Below, one piece after another: positions 36,301 to 46,647 of a stretch of DNA of 64,000 nucleotides; within the stretch, counting starts at the first letter, position 1, and each line of letters starts with the position of its first letter. The notes beneath the pieces were generated by a model. It had not been told where the DNA came from, made no database searches, and saw nothing but the letters and a program-made list of their open reading frames with translations. The position numbers were made by a program, and so were the translations under genes. Source of the DNA: a virus. Its lineage: Duplodnaviria; Heunggongvirae; Uroviricota; Caudoviricetes. The stretch lies in the IMG/VR virus record IMGVR_UViG_3300042934_000212; one strand, given 5' to 3'.

Positions 36301-36825
36301 TTAAAATATTTGACAGTACTTGGTAATTTCGTCAAACTCTGAACTATCCCTATTCGACTCATAAGAGAACCGAAAGTGATTGCCGTACCTAATCATTATG
36401 TTGAATGCCTCATCTTCCCGAAAGGAGTAAAACATAAATGCAATGAGTGAATCTTTATAGCCAATAAAAGACATGATTTCTTCAGTAATATCTTTGTCTT
36501 CGTAGAAATACTTTCTAGATTGCAAATTTCCATGAATGTCATATCTTAAATATTCACCATATAGTTTTTTATCAAACATGTAGTACTTAGAACTGACTTT
36601 ATTATTATTGTATCTTTCTTCGACATGACCATTGTATTCAACTTTCTGAATGAGAGGTATTTTAGTAGGACGATAAATTATCCTTGCAAGCTCATCATTC
36701 TTAAAGAACTCTGAGATTTTGCTTATCTTATTATGGTCTATCTGAATGCGATAGCCAGAGAACTCATTCATATCTACGGAATCTTTCACAATACCGGACT
36801 GCTTGCACTTGTATACAATCTTCAT
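36301..36825 (-). CDS. hypothetical protein
   Basis: 174-aa ORF. Confidence 0.45.
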   Translation of the reverse strand: MKIVYKCKQSGIVKDSVDMNEFSGYRIQIDHNKISKISEFFKNDELARIIYRPTKIPLIQKVEYNGHVEERYNNNKVSSKYYMFDKKLYGEYLRYDIHGNLQSRKYFYEDKDITEEIMSFIGYKDSLIAFMFYSFREDEAFNIMIRYGNHFRFSYESNRDSSEFDEITKYCQIF

Positions 36826-36829
36826 TTCT

Positions 36830-37475
36830 TCTCACAAATTGGAATCAGGTATTAATCTGATTCATTATTACAAGGAACATCCTACGGACGTTCCAGTAAA
36901 TCACTTCTAGACTTCACTTACGTTACGTCTCCTTGTGATTTACGTTTCTTACTTAAAAGTACTTTAGATATTACTACTGACGAGATTTGTTGATGCATTT
37001 TCATCCCCCCAAAGGAGGGAAGAATAAAGAGGTCTGACGATGATAGTCTTAGCTTTTCATGTCACGAATTTCAAATTGAGCGGAAGCGGGTTGTCCTGTT
37101 TCTCCCTATCGCGGTTCTATACAACGGTCGTAGTCTTACTACACTGATTCTAATAGCTACATGAACAGCTTTAGAATTGTCAAATTCAAGACGGATCTAT
37201 ATTGTAATAAATCAATCGCAAAATTTAACTCCCTTATACATTAGGTAGGTGCGATCCTATATGTCTATCTAGGCATGAACTTATGTAGTACTGTCATGCT
37301 TTATACAGCCGCATTGCCGTGATTCGTAGACTTATGTCGCTTTGTTTGACTGCTAGTACTCTAACGGGTTTCTTTTGCTGTTCGTACTGAATGAACTACT
37401 CATCTGGTGTTTACTTTTCAACATCATCAGGTCTTCAACTATCCTTGCGTACAAGGTCATTCAGAGTTTTTCTCA
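36830..37475. other. ~650-bp ORF-free region (candidate structured ncRNA / degenerated mobile element / regulatory region)
   Basis: No ORF of 60 aa or more on either strand in an otherwise >90% coding genome. Contains GC-rich stem-like segments (e.g. TCCCCCC-aaa-GGAGGGA near 37003-37020). No tRNA-like T-arm found by eye. Confidence 0.3.
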
Positions 37476-37506
37476 ATTAAAAAAGGACAACACCATGTGC
37501 TGTCCT
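37476..37506 (-). terminator. intrinsic terminator
   Basis: GGACAACAC-catg-TGCTGTCC hairpin (37485-37505) followed on minus strand by TTTTTT; 3' of gene 37529..38347. Confidence 0.5.
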
Positions 37507-37528
37507 ACTTGTATTATACCACAAAAAA

Positions 37529-38347
37529 TCAAAACGTTTCATTTGATATTTGCATAATTTTTATACACAAACTTTTGATGAATTCCGTTTCAAGTGCATG
37601 TGTTTCCTTCATCTCTACTATATCAGGATCATCATTTTGATAAAGAACAACAGCTTGTACTATATGGTCTGCTCTAACATCAACTTTGTAAACATTAACG
37701 CTAGCCCGATCATCATAGTACTTCTCAAGATAATCAGAATATCTATTAGTGTTCATGTGTAACGAATTAGAAACATGGGCAAAAAAGAATTGCTTTTCGA
37801 ACTTAATGTAAGGTTCTAGTAATTCATATACCTGTGCATAAAATGCTTCTGGTGCCTGAAATTCAAGATGTTCTTCATTGCGTCTATCAACAAAACTAAA
37901 CATTTGCTTAGTTACGGGGATATAGGGTGCAAACCAAGAACCACCGCTAGTAGAACCTGAAGTACTAGAAGTACTAGAACCAGAAGTGAAGTAAGAAGTT
38001 GTAGCATTAGAAGCCTGTCTTTTGGACATACCAAAACCAATCTTCTTACTTTCGAGATTATAAGTACAATAACAATATTCAGGTACGGCTAATGTCATAA
38101 GCTGAAACATTGCTTCATCATCAACGTTGATCAGAATTTCTCGCGTAGTATTGTTCGCTCCAAATCCATCATGATCATTAACGTAACCAACTTTATAAGC
38201 TAGTGAATGAAGTACTGAACTAAAAGAGTTTCTTGATGATTCCGGTAGTTGGTATGTACCTTGTGGGTTGGCAATAGATTTGTTCCATGCACTAGCAGAT
38301 CCACTTTTTGAATCATCATCAAATGTAATAAAGAATTTTAAAAACAT
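37529..38347 (-). CDS. hypothetical protein (S/T-rich linker)
   Basis: 272 aa, contains an SGSSTSSTSGSTSGGS low-complexity linker. Confidence 0.45.
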   Translation of the reverse strand: MFLKFFITFDDDSKSGSASAWNKSIANPQGTYQLPESSRNSFSSVLHSLAYKVGYVNDHDGFGANNTTREILINVDDEAMFQLMTLAVPEYCYCTYNLESKKIGFGMSKRQASNATTSYFTSGSSTSSTSGSTSGGSWFAPYIPVTKQMFSFVDRRNEEHLEFQAPEAFYAQVYELLEPYIKFEKQFFFAHVSNSLHMNTNRYSDYLEKYYDDRASVNVYKVDVRADHIVQAVVLYQNDDPDIVEMKETHALETEFIKSLCIKIMQISNETF

Positions 38348-39117
38348 CAGTAATCATTTCCTAATTGGCTACGCAATCTTAAATTACCATCTATAGTAAA
38401 GTACGATTTGAATGTTGATTCTTCTTCGACAGTTTCAGTTTCAAGTACTTTTCTTAGAATAGCATGGCGTCTGATTGCAGTTTCATAGTTACCAGGTATC
38501 CGGTCGTCTTCAAATTTCGTAAGTGGGACAATATTGATTGGATAATCAAATGTATCCATAATACGTACTGACCGTTCCATTCTCTGTAGATTACTCTCAG
38601 GGAATGTCTTCGTGAATTTAAAACGGTTTAATGTGCAGAACTCCAATGGAGTTCCAGCAGAAGTAATAATTACTGTTTCATTGTTTCCGAATAAATTATA
38701 GTTATTCTGGTTCCAGAATGGGCGTATCTTAACATCGTACTGCATATCTTGAATTGCGTCATATACTGGCTGAATCTCTACGCACGGAATATAAGTACTA
38801 TCGAATGCATATTTAAACTCGTGTGTTTCTTCTCCAGTTCTAGTTAAGTAACCAGTATTAGGAAGGATGAGTGCCATATCATTAACAAAGTCTAAAAGAT
38901 ATGTTTGTGATGCTATAGTTAATTCCTGTTTGTAATTTCTTACTAACGGAAGTACTTTATCTTCGTACTGAATCTTTAAGTTGTTATCTGTGTAGTGGTC
39001 ATTGAATAGATCATCAAAGAATAACAACCCGATAAGTTTAGGGTCGATTTCTTTGGCAGCAGCATCGATTGTTTCACTCCACTGCTTTTGTAGTTCTTTT
39101 AATTTCTTTATAGACAT
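38347..39117 (-). CDS. hypothetical protein
   Basis: 256-aa ORF, coupled (ATGA overlap). Confidence 0.45.
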   Translation of the reverse strand: MSIKKLKELQKQWSETIDAAAKEIDPKLIGLLFFDDLFNDHYTDNNLKIQYEDKVLPLVRNYKQELTIASQTYLLDFVNDMALILPNTGYLTRTGEETHEFKYAFDSTYIPCVEIQPVYDAIQDMQYDVKIRPFWNQNNYNLFGNNETVIITSAGTPLEFCTLNRFKFTKTFPESNLQRMERSVRIMDTFDYPINIVPLTKFEDDRIPGNYETAIRRHAILRKVLETETVEEESTFKSYFTIDGNLRLRSQLGNDY

Positions 39118-39452
39118 TAACTATCCTGTTTAATACGAATACGTGCTTGTTCAATAGCCCTGTGTAAAATAACAAAAGAAAGACACGGCCATGCTACAAA
39201 ACTAATTAGCATAAACATTATAGCAAAGATTGTGCTTGAAAGAAGTACTTCAAACCATTCATCTGAATCCCATGTGTCATCGTGAAACTGCCATCCGAAG
39301 TAAGTACGGATTTCAGAAACATTGATTTCTTTTGCAGTAAAGACCCTGCGAAAATATGTACTCAATGCACGTAAATGTGAAATGAGAATATAAGATGCAC
39401 ATAAAATACTACCAACAAGATAGATCGATAGTGCGATTAAAGAAATGCTCAT
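39117..39452 (-). CDS. membrane protein
   Basis: 111 aa, 3 predicted TM helices. Confidence 0.4.
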   Translation of the reverse strand: MSISLIALSIYLVGSILCASYILISHLRALSTYFRRVFTAKEINVSEIRTYFGWQFHDDTWDSDEWFEVLLSSTIFAIMFMLISFVAWPCLSFVILHRAIEQARIRIKQDS

Positions 39453-39494
39453 AAAATTTAATCCAAAAAAAGGGGCAATAAAGCCCCTTAAAAA

Positions 39495-39842
39495 TTAATG
39501 GTTAGTACTGTAAGCGTAAGCTGGGCGTAGTAGTTCTTGTGGATTGATTTCTGGTTTAAGTACGGTAACTTTAACCTGATATTCTTCACCAGACTCTGGA
39601 TGAATTAGAGTCTCAAAGTGAGTTGACTCAACAAAGGTTTCATATTCTTCTTGTGATCTGGTAACTACTGCTGCTGAAAATTTCTTACGACTTTCGGTTT
39701 TCATTGTGATGCTAACGATCTCAACTTCTTCGTTGAATTCGTCAACTTCGTTTTCGTTGTATGAATCATCGTGTAGTACTTTATTAACTACAGGTTCTTC
39801 AAAGCCATCGAACATATTAAATTTGTCATTTCCTTTTGACAT
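39495..39842 (-). CDS. hypothetical acidic protein
   Basis: 115-aa ORF. Confidence 0.4.
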   Translation of the reverse strand: MSKGNDKFNMFDGFEEPVVNKVLHDDSYNENEVDEFNEEVEIVSITMKTESRKKFSAAVVTRSQEEYETFVESTHFETLIHPESGEEYQVKVTVLKPEINPQELLRPAYAYSTNH

Positions 39843-39868
39843 AATTTCTTCCTTTGTTTAAAAATTTA

Positions 39869-40282
39869 TTACTGTGATGCTGTTAGATTCGTAATAGTTT
39901 GCTTAAACAATTCAATTTGTTTTTCAACTTTCTTACGCTCGACAATTTCTGGTACTTCTTCTTGAAGTTGTTCACAAGCTGCAATTAGAAACTCGTAATC
40001 AGATTCACAGTTATTGTACGCAGAAGTTAACGCTTCCCAATCTTTAGATATAGTACTTTCATAACCTACACGATACTTAGGCCATAGTGAACCATAATCT
40101 TTTACTGATTTACCATTCAAAACACGAATAGCATTGAAAATTTGACCGATAGTAAAATGTTTTGTATTTTGTAGATCTTCAATACAACACAACATATCGT
40201 CACCGTCTTTACTGATTAGCAAGACGCCAGTGATGGTTTTTAGATAACCAGAATGTACATTACTCATATAAAGCCCTCTCAT
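39869..40282 (-). CDS. hypothetical protein
   Basis: 137-aa ORF. Confidence 0.4.
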   Translation of the reverse strand: MRGLYMSNVHSGYLKTITGVLLISKDGDDMLCCIEDLQNTKHFTIGQIFNAIRVLNGKSVKDYGSLWPKYRVGYESTISKDWEALTSAYNNCESDYEFLIAACEQLQEEVPEIVERKKVEKQIELFKQTITNLTASQ

Positions 40283-40320
40283 TTAGGTGTGTATATTATA
40301 CCACAAAGTTGTTTTTTGTT

Positions 40321-40632
40321 TCATTTTTCATTAACTAAAACTTCATGCCACTTGTTGAAATCCATCAATAGTAAAAAGAAATTATCTTCATCATCTTCAT
40401 CCAAGTACTGACATAATGCGTACATAAACTTCTCAGCATCTGAATGACTGAATGTTTTGGAAGATATGATAATCCTCTCCATTGCGTAGTAGTATGACTC
40501 TGGTTTGATTTCCTCTACTGCAATTTTCTGACCATTAGTATATTCAATATACGTAGCAGTTTTTGGAATACCACGATTCCCTAACCAAATATAAACCGGA
40601 ATATCATCCTTGAACTTCAGCTTTCTCTGCAT
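40321..40632 (-). CDS. hypothetical protein
   Basis: 103-aa ORF. Confidence 0.35.
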   Translation of the reverse strand: MQRKLKFKDDIPVYIWLGNRGIPKTATYIEYTNGQKIAVEEIKPESYYYAMERIIISSKTFSHSDAEKFMYALCQYLDEDDEDNFFLLLMDFNKWHEVLVNEK

Positions 40633-41494
40633 CTTCTTGTGCCTTTATTTGTCCTAACATATCGAGTAATAAACTCTTATTACCAATACAATTTGCCGCA
40701 GTTAATTCGATAGTACTTTTAAGTTTTCTCAATCCCCGCTGGTATGATTCGAACATTTCATTAGATGGCATCATTAAATCAATCTCAAAACAATTCATCC
40801 TGTTATAAAGATTAACAATAGAAGCATCTGGTATATTCGGAACTACTAATGTTTTAAACTGACCATCACGCCCACCATTAGCATTCGAGCACCAGAAAGT
40901 AACTCGCTTATGCTTAAAGTGCATTTGAATAGTTTCACCGTCACCGAAATGTAATAGACTGCAAGTACAAACACCCTTAGAGTTATAGTACTCTCTTATG
41001 GATTCACCCGAATTAAAGATGATTAAAAACTCAGATGTACCATTCTTATTAATCTTTTTAGTATATCGGTGATTATTATAATACCATTTGAATTCCTGTC
41101 TCGGTACATCAATCCGCAAGGTAGCATCTTTGAATTCATATCTCTTAGTACTTAATATTTTAGTACCATCTTTCTTAATTCGATAACTGTAACCGACATT
41201 ATCAAGTTCCAATCTTTCCTGATAACGTTCTAAAATATAATGCAATGGGTAATGACCATCTACTTCTTTTATTGAAAATTCGTAGTTGTCGTTTGGTTCT
41301 AACTTTCTGGTACTATGACAGAATGAATGGGCTTGGTAGGCGATACCATTAAACCGATAACTTTGATGTGATCCACTACGACCTGCGTAATAGTGAATCC
41401 TGTTTTCAGTAGTTCCTATTACAATTGGGTTGTTATATCTGTGCTTGGCATACTCTATTGCTTCATGTACAGAGTACTCTTTTAAATCAAACAT
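40604..41494 (-). CDS. hypothetical protein
   Basis: 296-aa ORF. Confidence 0.45.
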   Translation of the reverse strand: MFDLKEYSVHEAIEYAKHRYNNPIVIGTTENRIHYYAGRSGSHQSYRFNGIAYQAHSFCHSTRKLEPNDNYEFSIKEVDGHYPLHYILERYQERLELDNVGYSYRIKKDGTKILSTKRYEFKDATLRIDVPRQEFKWYYNNHRYTKKINKNGTSEFLIIFNSGESIREYYNSKGVCTCSLLHFGDGETIQMHFKHKRVTFWCSNANGGRDGQFKTLVVPNIPDASIVNLYNRMNCFEIDLMMPSNEMFESYQRGLRKLKSTIELTAANCIGNKSLLLDMLGQIKAQEDAEKAEVQG

Positions 41495-41676
41495 TATTAC
41501 TTTCCAGAAACGTCAAAGGACGCATCATAGCGTCCTTTATGTTTAGTGTTGCCCTTTTTAGATTCCTTCTTGCGGTCAATGTGAGTTGCAGCTTTGTTGA
41601 AGGTATTCATGTGCTTAGCCACGAAGTCATTAACCTGTGGTGCTTCCTGAGTTTTCTTTTTGGACTTTGCCATTTA

Positions 41677-42153
41677 TTACTCCAAGTTTGGGTTTTTAAG
41701 TGTTAGACTTTCAATGTCTTCAGCGGTGATCATAACATGTGGTTCACCTTCTGTAAAGAGAAAATCATGATAACTTTCACTAATAAAGAAATTATCCAGT
41801 ACATAACCCTTTGACAAAAACATTAGTACATGCTCGTCGTCCGGTTTAGTATAGGTGTTACGTAATTTTTCCACATCTGATTGTGGTGTATCGCCTGGGT
41901 TGTTTCTGATTACACATTCATTGTACTCAGAATTCATTGTCATTGGCGTTGCCATTACCCAGCGTTTAGAGCTGTTTACTGTTACTGCGAAACTATTACA
42001 TTTTGGATTGTTGAAAAATTCGTACATTGTTGCACTGCATAGAAAAAGGCATTGAATAATGTCCTTAATACTAAACATTAAATCGTGTACTTCAAAGGCG
42101 TCAGTAGTGATCACATCATCAATCGGCCCATTCTCTTTGTGAATAATATTCAT
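41677..42153 (-). CDS. hypothetical protein
   Basis: 158-aa ORF. Confidence 0.4.
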   Translation of the reverse strand: MNIIHKENGPIDDVITTDAFEVHDLMFSIKDIIQCLFLCSATMYEFFNNPKCNSFAVTVNSSKRWVMATPMTMNSEYNECVIRNNPGDTPQSDVEKLRNTYTKPDDEHVLMFLSKGYVLDNFFISESYHDFLFTEGEPHVMITAEDIESLTLKNPNLE

Positions 42154-42228
42154 GCGTTCACTCCTTGAACTCTTTTAATGCACGATCTCGTGCTCTAAAA
42201 GTATTTATGCTCATCCTTGAGCATAGTT

Positions 42229-42672
42229 TTAAGCCGTCGCAATTTTCCGCAAGAATTCACCATGAACTCTACGGCACATTTCTATAGTACTTTTCATTGT
42301 CTCGAAGTCAAATTCAACTGGTAGACCAAATACTTCTCCGTTGTTTTTGAATGCATCCGGTAGTTCTTCTAAACTGAAAGTACCTTCAAATAAATTAGTA
42401 CTCAAGTTCTCACCAGCCCCTACAAAGAAAAATTCAGGACTGTACCGGATAACAAGATTCTTCTTGTCAATTGCAATGTTACACAAATCCTGTAGGTTCT
42501 GTGTACGTACCTTTAGCTTGTATACGTTTTTACGTACTTCCTGTACATCAAGTGAATACCCTTCACCTATGTAGTAGTTATTACGTGCAACCAAATCACG
42601 CCCACTAATGTTACTCAAAACATCCTGGATGATATAGTTTATTGGATCGATGTTGTCGATTATATTAAGCAT
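42229..42672 (-). CDS. hypothetical protein
   Basis: 147-aa ORF at the distal end of the paralog array. Confidence 0.4.
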   Translation of the reverse strand: MLNIIDNIDPINYIIQDVLSNISGRDLVARNNYYIGEGYSLDVQEVRKNVYKLKVRTQNLQDLCNIAIDKKNLVIRYSPEFFFVGAGENLSTNLFEGTFSLEELPDAFKNNGEVFGLPVEFDFETMKSTIEMCRRVHGEFLRKIATA

Positions 42673-43220
42673 TAATTTAAATCCATTTCATCTATTAATT
42701 TATCAATTGCTTTGATATGATGTTCTTCTAAATCTCCGATAGAAACATTCATACTAACAATTTCTAAATCTTTTATTTCATCAAGTAACTTACATGATTC
42801 TTCGTAAAAGAATTCTTCAGGTAAGTCATGTCGTGTCAAGTTCTGGAAATACAACGCTTCATCATGAATAAAAGGATATTCAATACTGTACTCGTCGAAG
42901 TAAGCAACTCGGCACGTCTTATTTAATGGACTGTAATTTATCCATCTTGGGTTGACTGTATTAGATGAACTTATTTCCTGATAGTGCAACATACCAATGC
43001 AGTTAGTAGCTTTAAAACTTTCACTCCTGCTAGTACAAACCCTAATGGAAATATTATGGTCTTGGGAAATTATAATTTCTACGTTATCGCAGTCAGACAC
43101 TAGACTATGACTGTGGCTGTTCTTTTGAAAGTACTTATCCAACTTCATTAGATAATCGATTATCTTTCTACCTTCATCTAATCGCTGTACGTATTGCTCA
43201 CGTGTTAAATTTATTTTCAT
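42672..43220 (-). CDS. FQxxT-motif paralog family member 9
   Basis: 182 aa; motif EALYFQNLTRHDLPEE at the same relative position as the other paralogs. ATGA coupling. Confidence 0.45.
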   Translation of the reverse strand: MKINLTREQYVQRLDEGRKIIDYLMKLDKYFQKNSHSHSLVSDCDNVEIIISQDHNISIRVCTSRSESFKATNCIGMLHYQEISSSNTVNPRWINYSPLNKTCRVAYFDEYSIEYPFIHDEALYFQNLTRHDLPEEFFYEESCKLLDEIKDLEIVSMNVSIGDLEEHHIKAIDKLIDEMDLN

Positions 43221-43663
43221 TCTAATATTTCCAAATCATAACGGTACTGGTCTTCATGAATGCCACGCAAGTAATCTTCCGCTACATCCATATGCATTTT
43301 ATTACAATCCAGAATCTTAATCCTTGATGTTTCAAAGAAACAATATGAAGGGACTACATCAGGCTCGTATTCGTTAATGTACCTGATGTAATCATAGTCA
43401 ACTTCTTCGTTGAGTAGTTTGTAATATAATTTTTTCCAGCCAGAATCAGAACCTTGATCTTTTGCTTCGTATTCTTCACCCAATTCAACTAAACACCTAT
43501 GAATATAGATGCTGTCTAAAGTTAAGTCGCGAGTATGCCGCCGACCTTGTTTAAGTTTAAGTAGAGCACAATCAACTGCACTCATCAATCCACCTAAATG
43601 TAAGCCACCAAAAGGAATATAGAACTCCTTAATCTCTACAGTACTGGCATGGAAAACAATCAT
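43217..43663 (-). CDS. hypothetical protein within paralog array (motif not evident)
   Basis: 148-aa ORF, start/stop overlapped with neighbours. Confidence 0.4.
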   Translation of the reverse strand: MIVFHASTVEIKEFYIPFGGLHLGGLMSAVDCALLKLKQGRRHTRDLTLDSIYIHRCLVELGEEYEAKDQGSDSGWKKLYYKLLNEEVDYDYIRYINEYEPDVVPSYCFFETSRIKILDCNKMHMDVAEDYLRGIHEDQYRYDLEILE

Positions 43664-44256
43664 ATAAACCTGAACCCTTTAAGTGATTCTAAATTAAACA
43701 AACTAATATCACCAACATAGATAATATCATCCATCTGGTTTACGTTAAAAGTACTATACCAGTCATAACATAATGCAACTTCACATGAGAACTGCTCAAA
43801 TGGTATAATATCCTGTGCAGTCATCTGCTGGAAGAACCAAGCTTCATCGAACATCTCTAAAGTACTTTCTACATCATCACTCTGGTATACTACTATTTCA
43901 CGCCAGTTATTACCTTGTACTTTTTCACCTACTTCAATTTTAAAAGAATCATAAGGAGTATATGCAAACACATCATCTCTCATAAAACTGTAATCGAAGT
44001 GTGGATGTTCTCTGTCTCTGCGAATAATCTTAAACATCGCATCATCATCTGGTGTACCCGACGAATCATACATAAAGAATCCATCGCTACGCATAACTAC
44101 ATCTAATCCTAAACCTTTATAGTTAAAGAAAGATATGTTATACGGCTCATCGTTTTCATGAACATTAGGATAAGCTCTCTGCATTTCTTCGAATATTGCA
44201 TGTACTTTCATGATTTCAGCTTTTACTTCTGGTGTGTAAAATTCAATCCTGTTCAT
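43660..44256 (-). CDS. FQxxT-motif paralog family member 7
   Basis: 198 aa; motif EAWFFQQMTAQDIIP. Confidence 0.45.
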   Translation of the reverse strand: MNRIEFYTPEVKAEIMKVHAIFEEMQRAYPNVHENDEPYNISFFNYKGLGLDVVMRSDGFFMYDSSGTPDDDAMFKIIRRDREHPHFDYSFMRDDVFAYTPYDSFKIEVGEKVQGNNWREIVVYQSDDVESTLEMFDEAWFFQQMTAQDIIPFEQFSCEVALCYDWYSTFNVNQMDDIIYVGDISLFNLESLKGFRFI

Positions 44257-44756
44257 TAATAATTACCTCTGGAAGCTACAAGCATATCAAGATGTTTCTT
44301 CATTGCATTAAGAGTATTGTGACTGATCATCCGTTTAATGTATCCACGATAACCCCTTGTGTACAATAAACAACAAGAGTAATATTCAAGAAGTAAATTG
44401 TCATCCATTATAGTACTTAATTGGAAATCTAAATCTTCTTTAAATTCCTGAATTACCATAACGTTTCTAGGAACCCATACACAAGGATGATAATCATCAT
44501 CAGCAATCCTGTGATAAGAATCCCTGAGATTTTGCGGTGCCGACACTGCCAAAGAACCCAAATCCATTAACATCTGAATTTCAAATGAAGAATCCCGCGT
44601 TCTAGTCCTTATTGAAGAAGAAGTTGTGAGATAGTTTTTTCCAAATATTTTGTAGCTGCTGTTATCTATATAATCAAGTGCTTCAGTATGTGAATCTTTT
44701 ACTGACATAACCTTATCGACGTATCTTTGTGCACGTTCGAATATCTTAAAACTCAT
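44256..44756 (-). CDS. FQxxT-motif paralog family member 6 (divergent)
   Basis: 166 aa; weak motif EDLDFQLSTIMDD. Confidence 0.4.
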   Translation of the reverse strand: MSFKIFERAQRYVDKVMSVKDSHTEALDYIDNSSYKIFGKNYLTTSSSIRTRTRDSSFEIQMLMDLGSLAVSAPQNLRDSYHRIADDDYHPCVWVPRNVMVIQEFKEDLDFQLSTIMDDNLLLEYYSCCLLYTRGYRGYIKRMISHNTLNAMKKHLDMLVASRGNY

Positions 44757-45358
44757 ACTTTGTTTTTACCTCTGTATGTACCAATTAGGAGTTGCATATT
44801 TGAAGTTATTCTTTTGATAGTATCTGGTTCATTAAAAATATTACCTAATGTTCTGGTAGTTCCATCTTTATCATTGACCTGTACTGCAATAAGATAGTCG
44901 CGTACATCCTGTGCAAGCTCATCATAGAATTCTTCTTCAGCAAGTTCTTGTACTGTTAGTAACTGAAAGTACTCGCCCTCTTGAATAGGATATTGCATAT
45001 AACGTTCAACGCCACGACGACCATCTTCATCTAAGTCGATTAAACGTATAATACTCCTGTCAGCAACATTACCATATTCGATCTGAACATTAACAGGATC
45101 AGAATATACCAGTACGTTTTGAGTAGCATTATTAAAGTACATATGCATATAGTACACGCATGAATCATCTTTCAGTAGAAATGCAACACTATCACTGAAT
45201 ACCTTGAACCTAAAACCATATGAACCTACTGACCCACCGAAATCTGCAACTATTTCTTCTGCATCTCTCGCAGCAAGTGCAGTACGTAAATCAGATAAAG
45301 ACTGAAATACTTCTCCGAAATGTTTCGGTACTTCCCTGATTAAATCATAACGTTCCAT
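44753..45358 (-). CDS. FQxxT-motif paralog family member 5
   Basis: Start trimmed to the ATG at 45358-45356 (MERYDLIREV; GGTGGGAG SD). ORF-track start is 45460. Motif EGEYFQLLTVQELAEEE. Confidence 0.5.
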   Translation of the reverse strand: MERYDLIREVPKHFGEVFQSLSDLRTALAARDAEEIVADFGGSVGSYGFRFKVFSDSVAFLLKDDSCVYYMHMYFNNATQNVLVYSDPVNVQIEYGNVADRSIIRLIDLDEDGRRGVERYMQYPIQEGEYFQLLTVQELAEEEFYDELAQDVRDYLIAVQVNDKDGTTRTLGNIFNEPDTIKRITSNMQLLIGTYRGKNKV

Positions 45359-45490
45359 CGTGGCTCCCACCTTCGCCGCCGCCCACTTTATCTTGATAAC
45401 AATAATGAGAAGCGGAAATTTTTTTGTATGTTTTTTGAACGGAAAATTTTTTGATAACACTTATTTATGCAAACAAAAACAGGCCATTTT

Positions 45491-46111
45491 TCAATAGCCT
45501 TGCATCTTGAAACGTTCAATCTCTTCTTTCATTAAACCCTTCGTCGCATCCATAACGTATTGTACCACATTTTCTGTACTCGTTTCATTTAACAATGGAT
45601 TATCTAAATGTAACTGTGTATGGAACGATACATATAATGGTGTACTCTCAAGAACGTACTGACTCGTGTACATAAACTTGTCAATCCATTCTTCAGGAAC
45701 TAACTGTATTTGCGTCAAACGCTGAAAGTACTCACCCTCGTCTAAAGGGTATTTCAAGGTTACACTTTCACGATTCCATAAATTGACAATCTTCTCAATC
45801 TTGACTTCATCGGACAAACAACCCGTAACACTTAAAACACCTGGTCCGAATAATTTAATCTCAGACACACTGTAAGCTGTACTACTTTGATAATGCCACA
45901 CTGAATGAAATAATGGTAACTTCGCTCCGTCTTCACGGATGCTATGAACCTCGAATGTCATTCTGTCATGCATAAAACGTACTAACTTGGCATACAAATA
46001 TTCATTCTGATATTCTAAATCATCGGCTGTACCTGGCGTAAAAGTACCAACAAGCTTCTGTACTTCTGCTAGAGCCTGATACAGCTCTAAGAACTTTGTA
46101 CAGTTTTGCAT
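45491..46111 (-). CDS. FQxxT-motif paralog family member 4
   Basis: 206 aa; motif EGEYFQRLTQIQLVPEE. Confidence 0.5.
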   Translation of the reverse strand: MQNCTKFLELYQALAEVQKLVGTFTPGTADDLEYQNEYLYAKLVRFMHDRMTFEVHSIREDGAKLPLFHSVWHYQSSTAYSVSEIKLFGPGVLSVTGCLSDEVKIEKIVNLWNRESVTLKYPLDEGEYFQRLTQIQLVPEEWIDKFMYTSQYVLESTPLYVSFHTQLHLDNPLLNETSTENVVQYVMDATKGLMKEEIERFKMQGY

Positions 46112-46647
46112 AAAAATTCCTTAAGGATTTGTATTAGGTTCTTCAAATCATCTTCACTTAGAAGGTCGTACATGTTGAAATTAATCTGTACTCTAGGATG
46201 ATCAGGACTGTAATTACGGTACAAGTACTCTAGCATCATTGCATTAACTTCATTTTGGGTGTACTTTGTAAGTAACTGGAACTCCATCGATTCCAATTCA
46301 TCGTAACTTAATCGTTCACTTGGAGAGTAAGGTAAAGATGGAAAACTGTTCCTAGCCTTATATAATTCTTTAGTACTTTCTCGTACTATATCACCAAAGG
46401 TATTATATCGTGACTGTATCGTAAAACTATAGTCATCCCTCAAAGTACTATTAAGCGGTACACTAAAGTCCTGAAAAGAAATAAACTCAGTGTAAGTAAT
46501 AACGTACAATGCAATACTTGAACTTTCAGTGAAAATCCTAAAAGTCTTTTCTGATGGGAGTATCGTTATATCATCAACAAATGCTTGCTCATGATAATGC
46601 ATGTCTTTAAGCAAACATACCAATTCAGCTAGGAGTAATATCTTCAT
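46087..46647 (-). CDS. FQxxT-motif paralog family member 3
   Basis: 186 aa; motif ESMEFQLLTKYTQNE. Confidence 0.45.
   Translation of the reverse strand: MKILLLAELVCLLKDMHYHEQAFVDDITILPSEKTFRIFTESSSIALYVITYTEFISFQDFSVPLNSTLRDDYSFTIQSRYNTFGDIVRESTKELYKARNSFPSLPYSPSERLSYDELESMEFQLLTKYTQNEVNAMMLEYLYRNYSPDHPRVQINFNMYDLLSEDDLKNLIQILKEFLCKTVQSS

Noticed and set aside
36830-37475. tRNA gene cluster in the ORF-free gap
   Set aside because: No GGTTCGAATCC-like T-arms or D-arm consensus (GCTCAGTTGGTAGAGC) found by eye; cannot confirm any cloverleaf. Left as an unassigned non-coding region.
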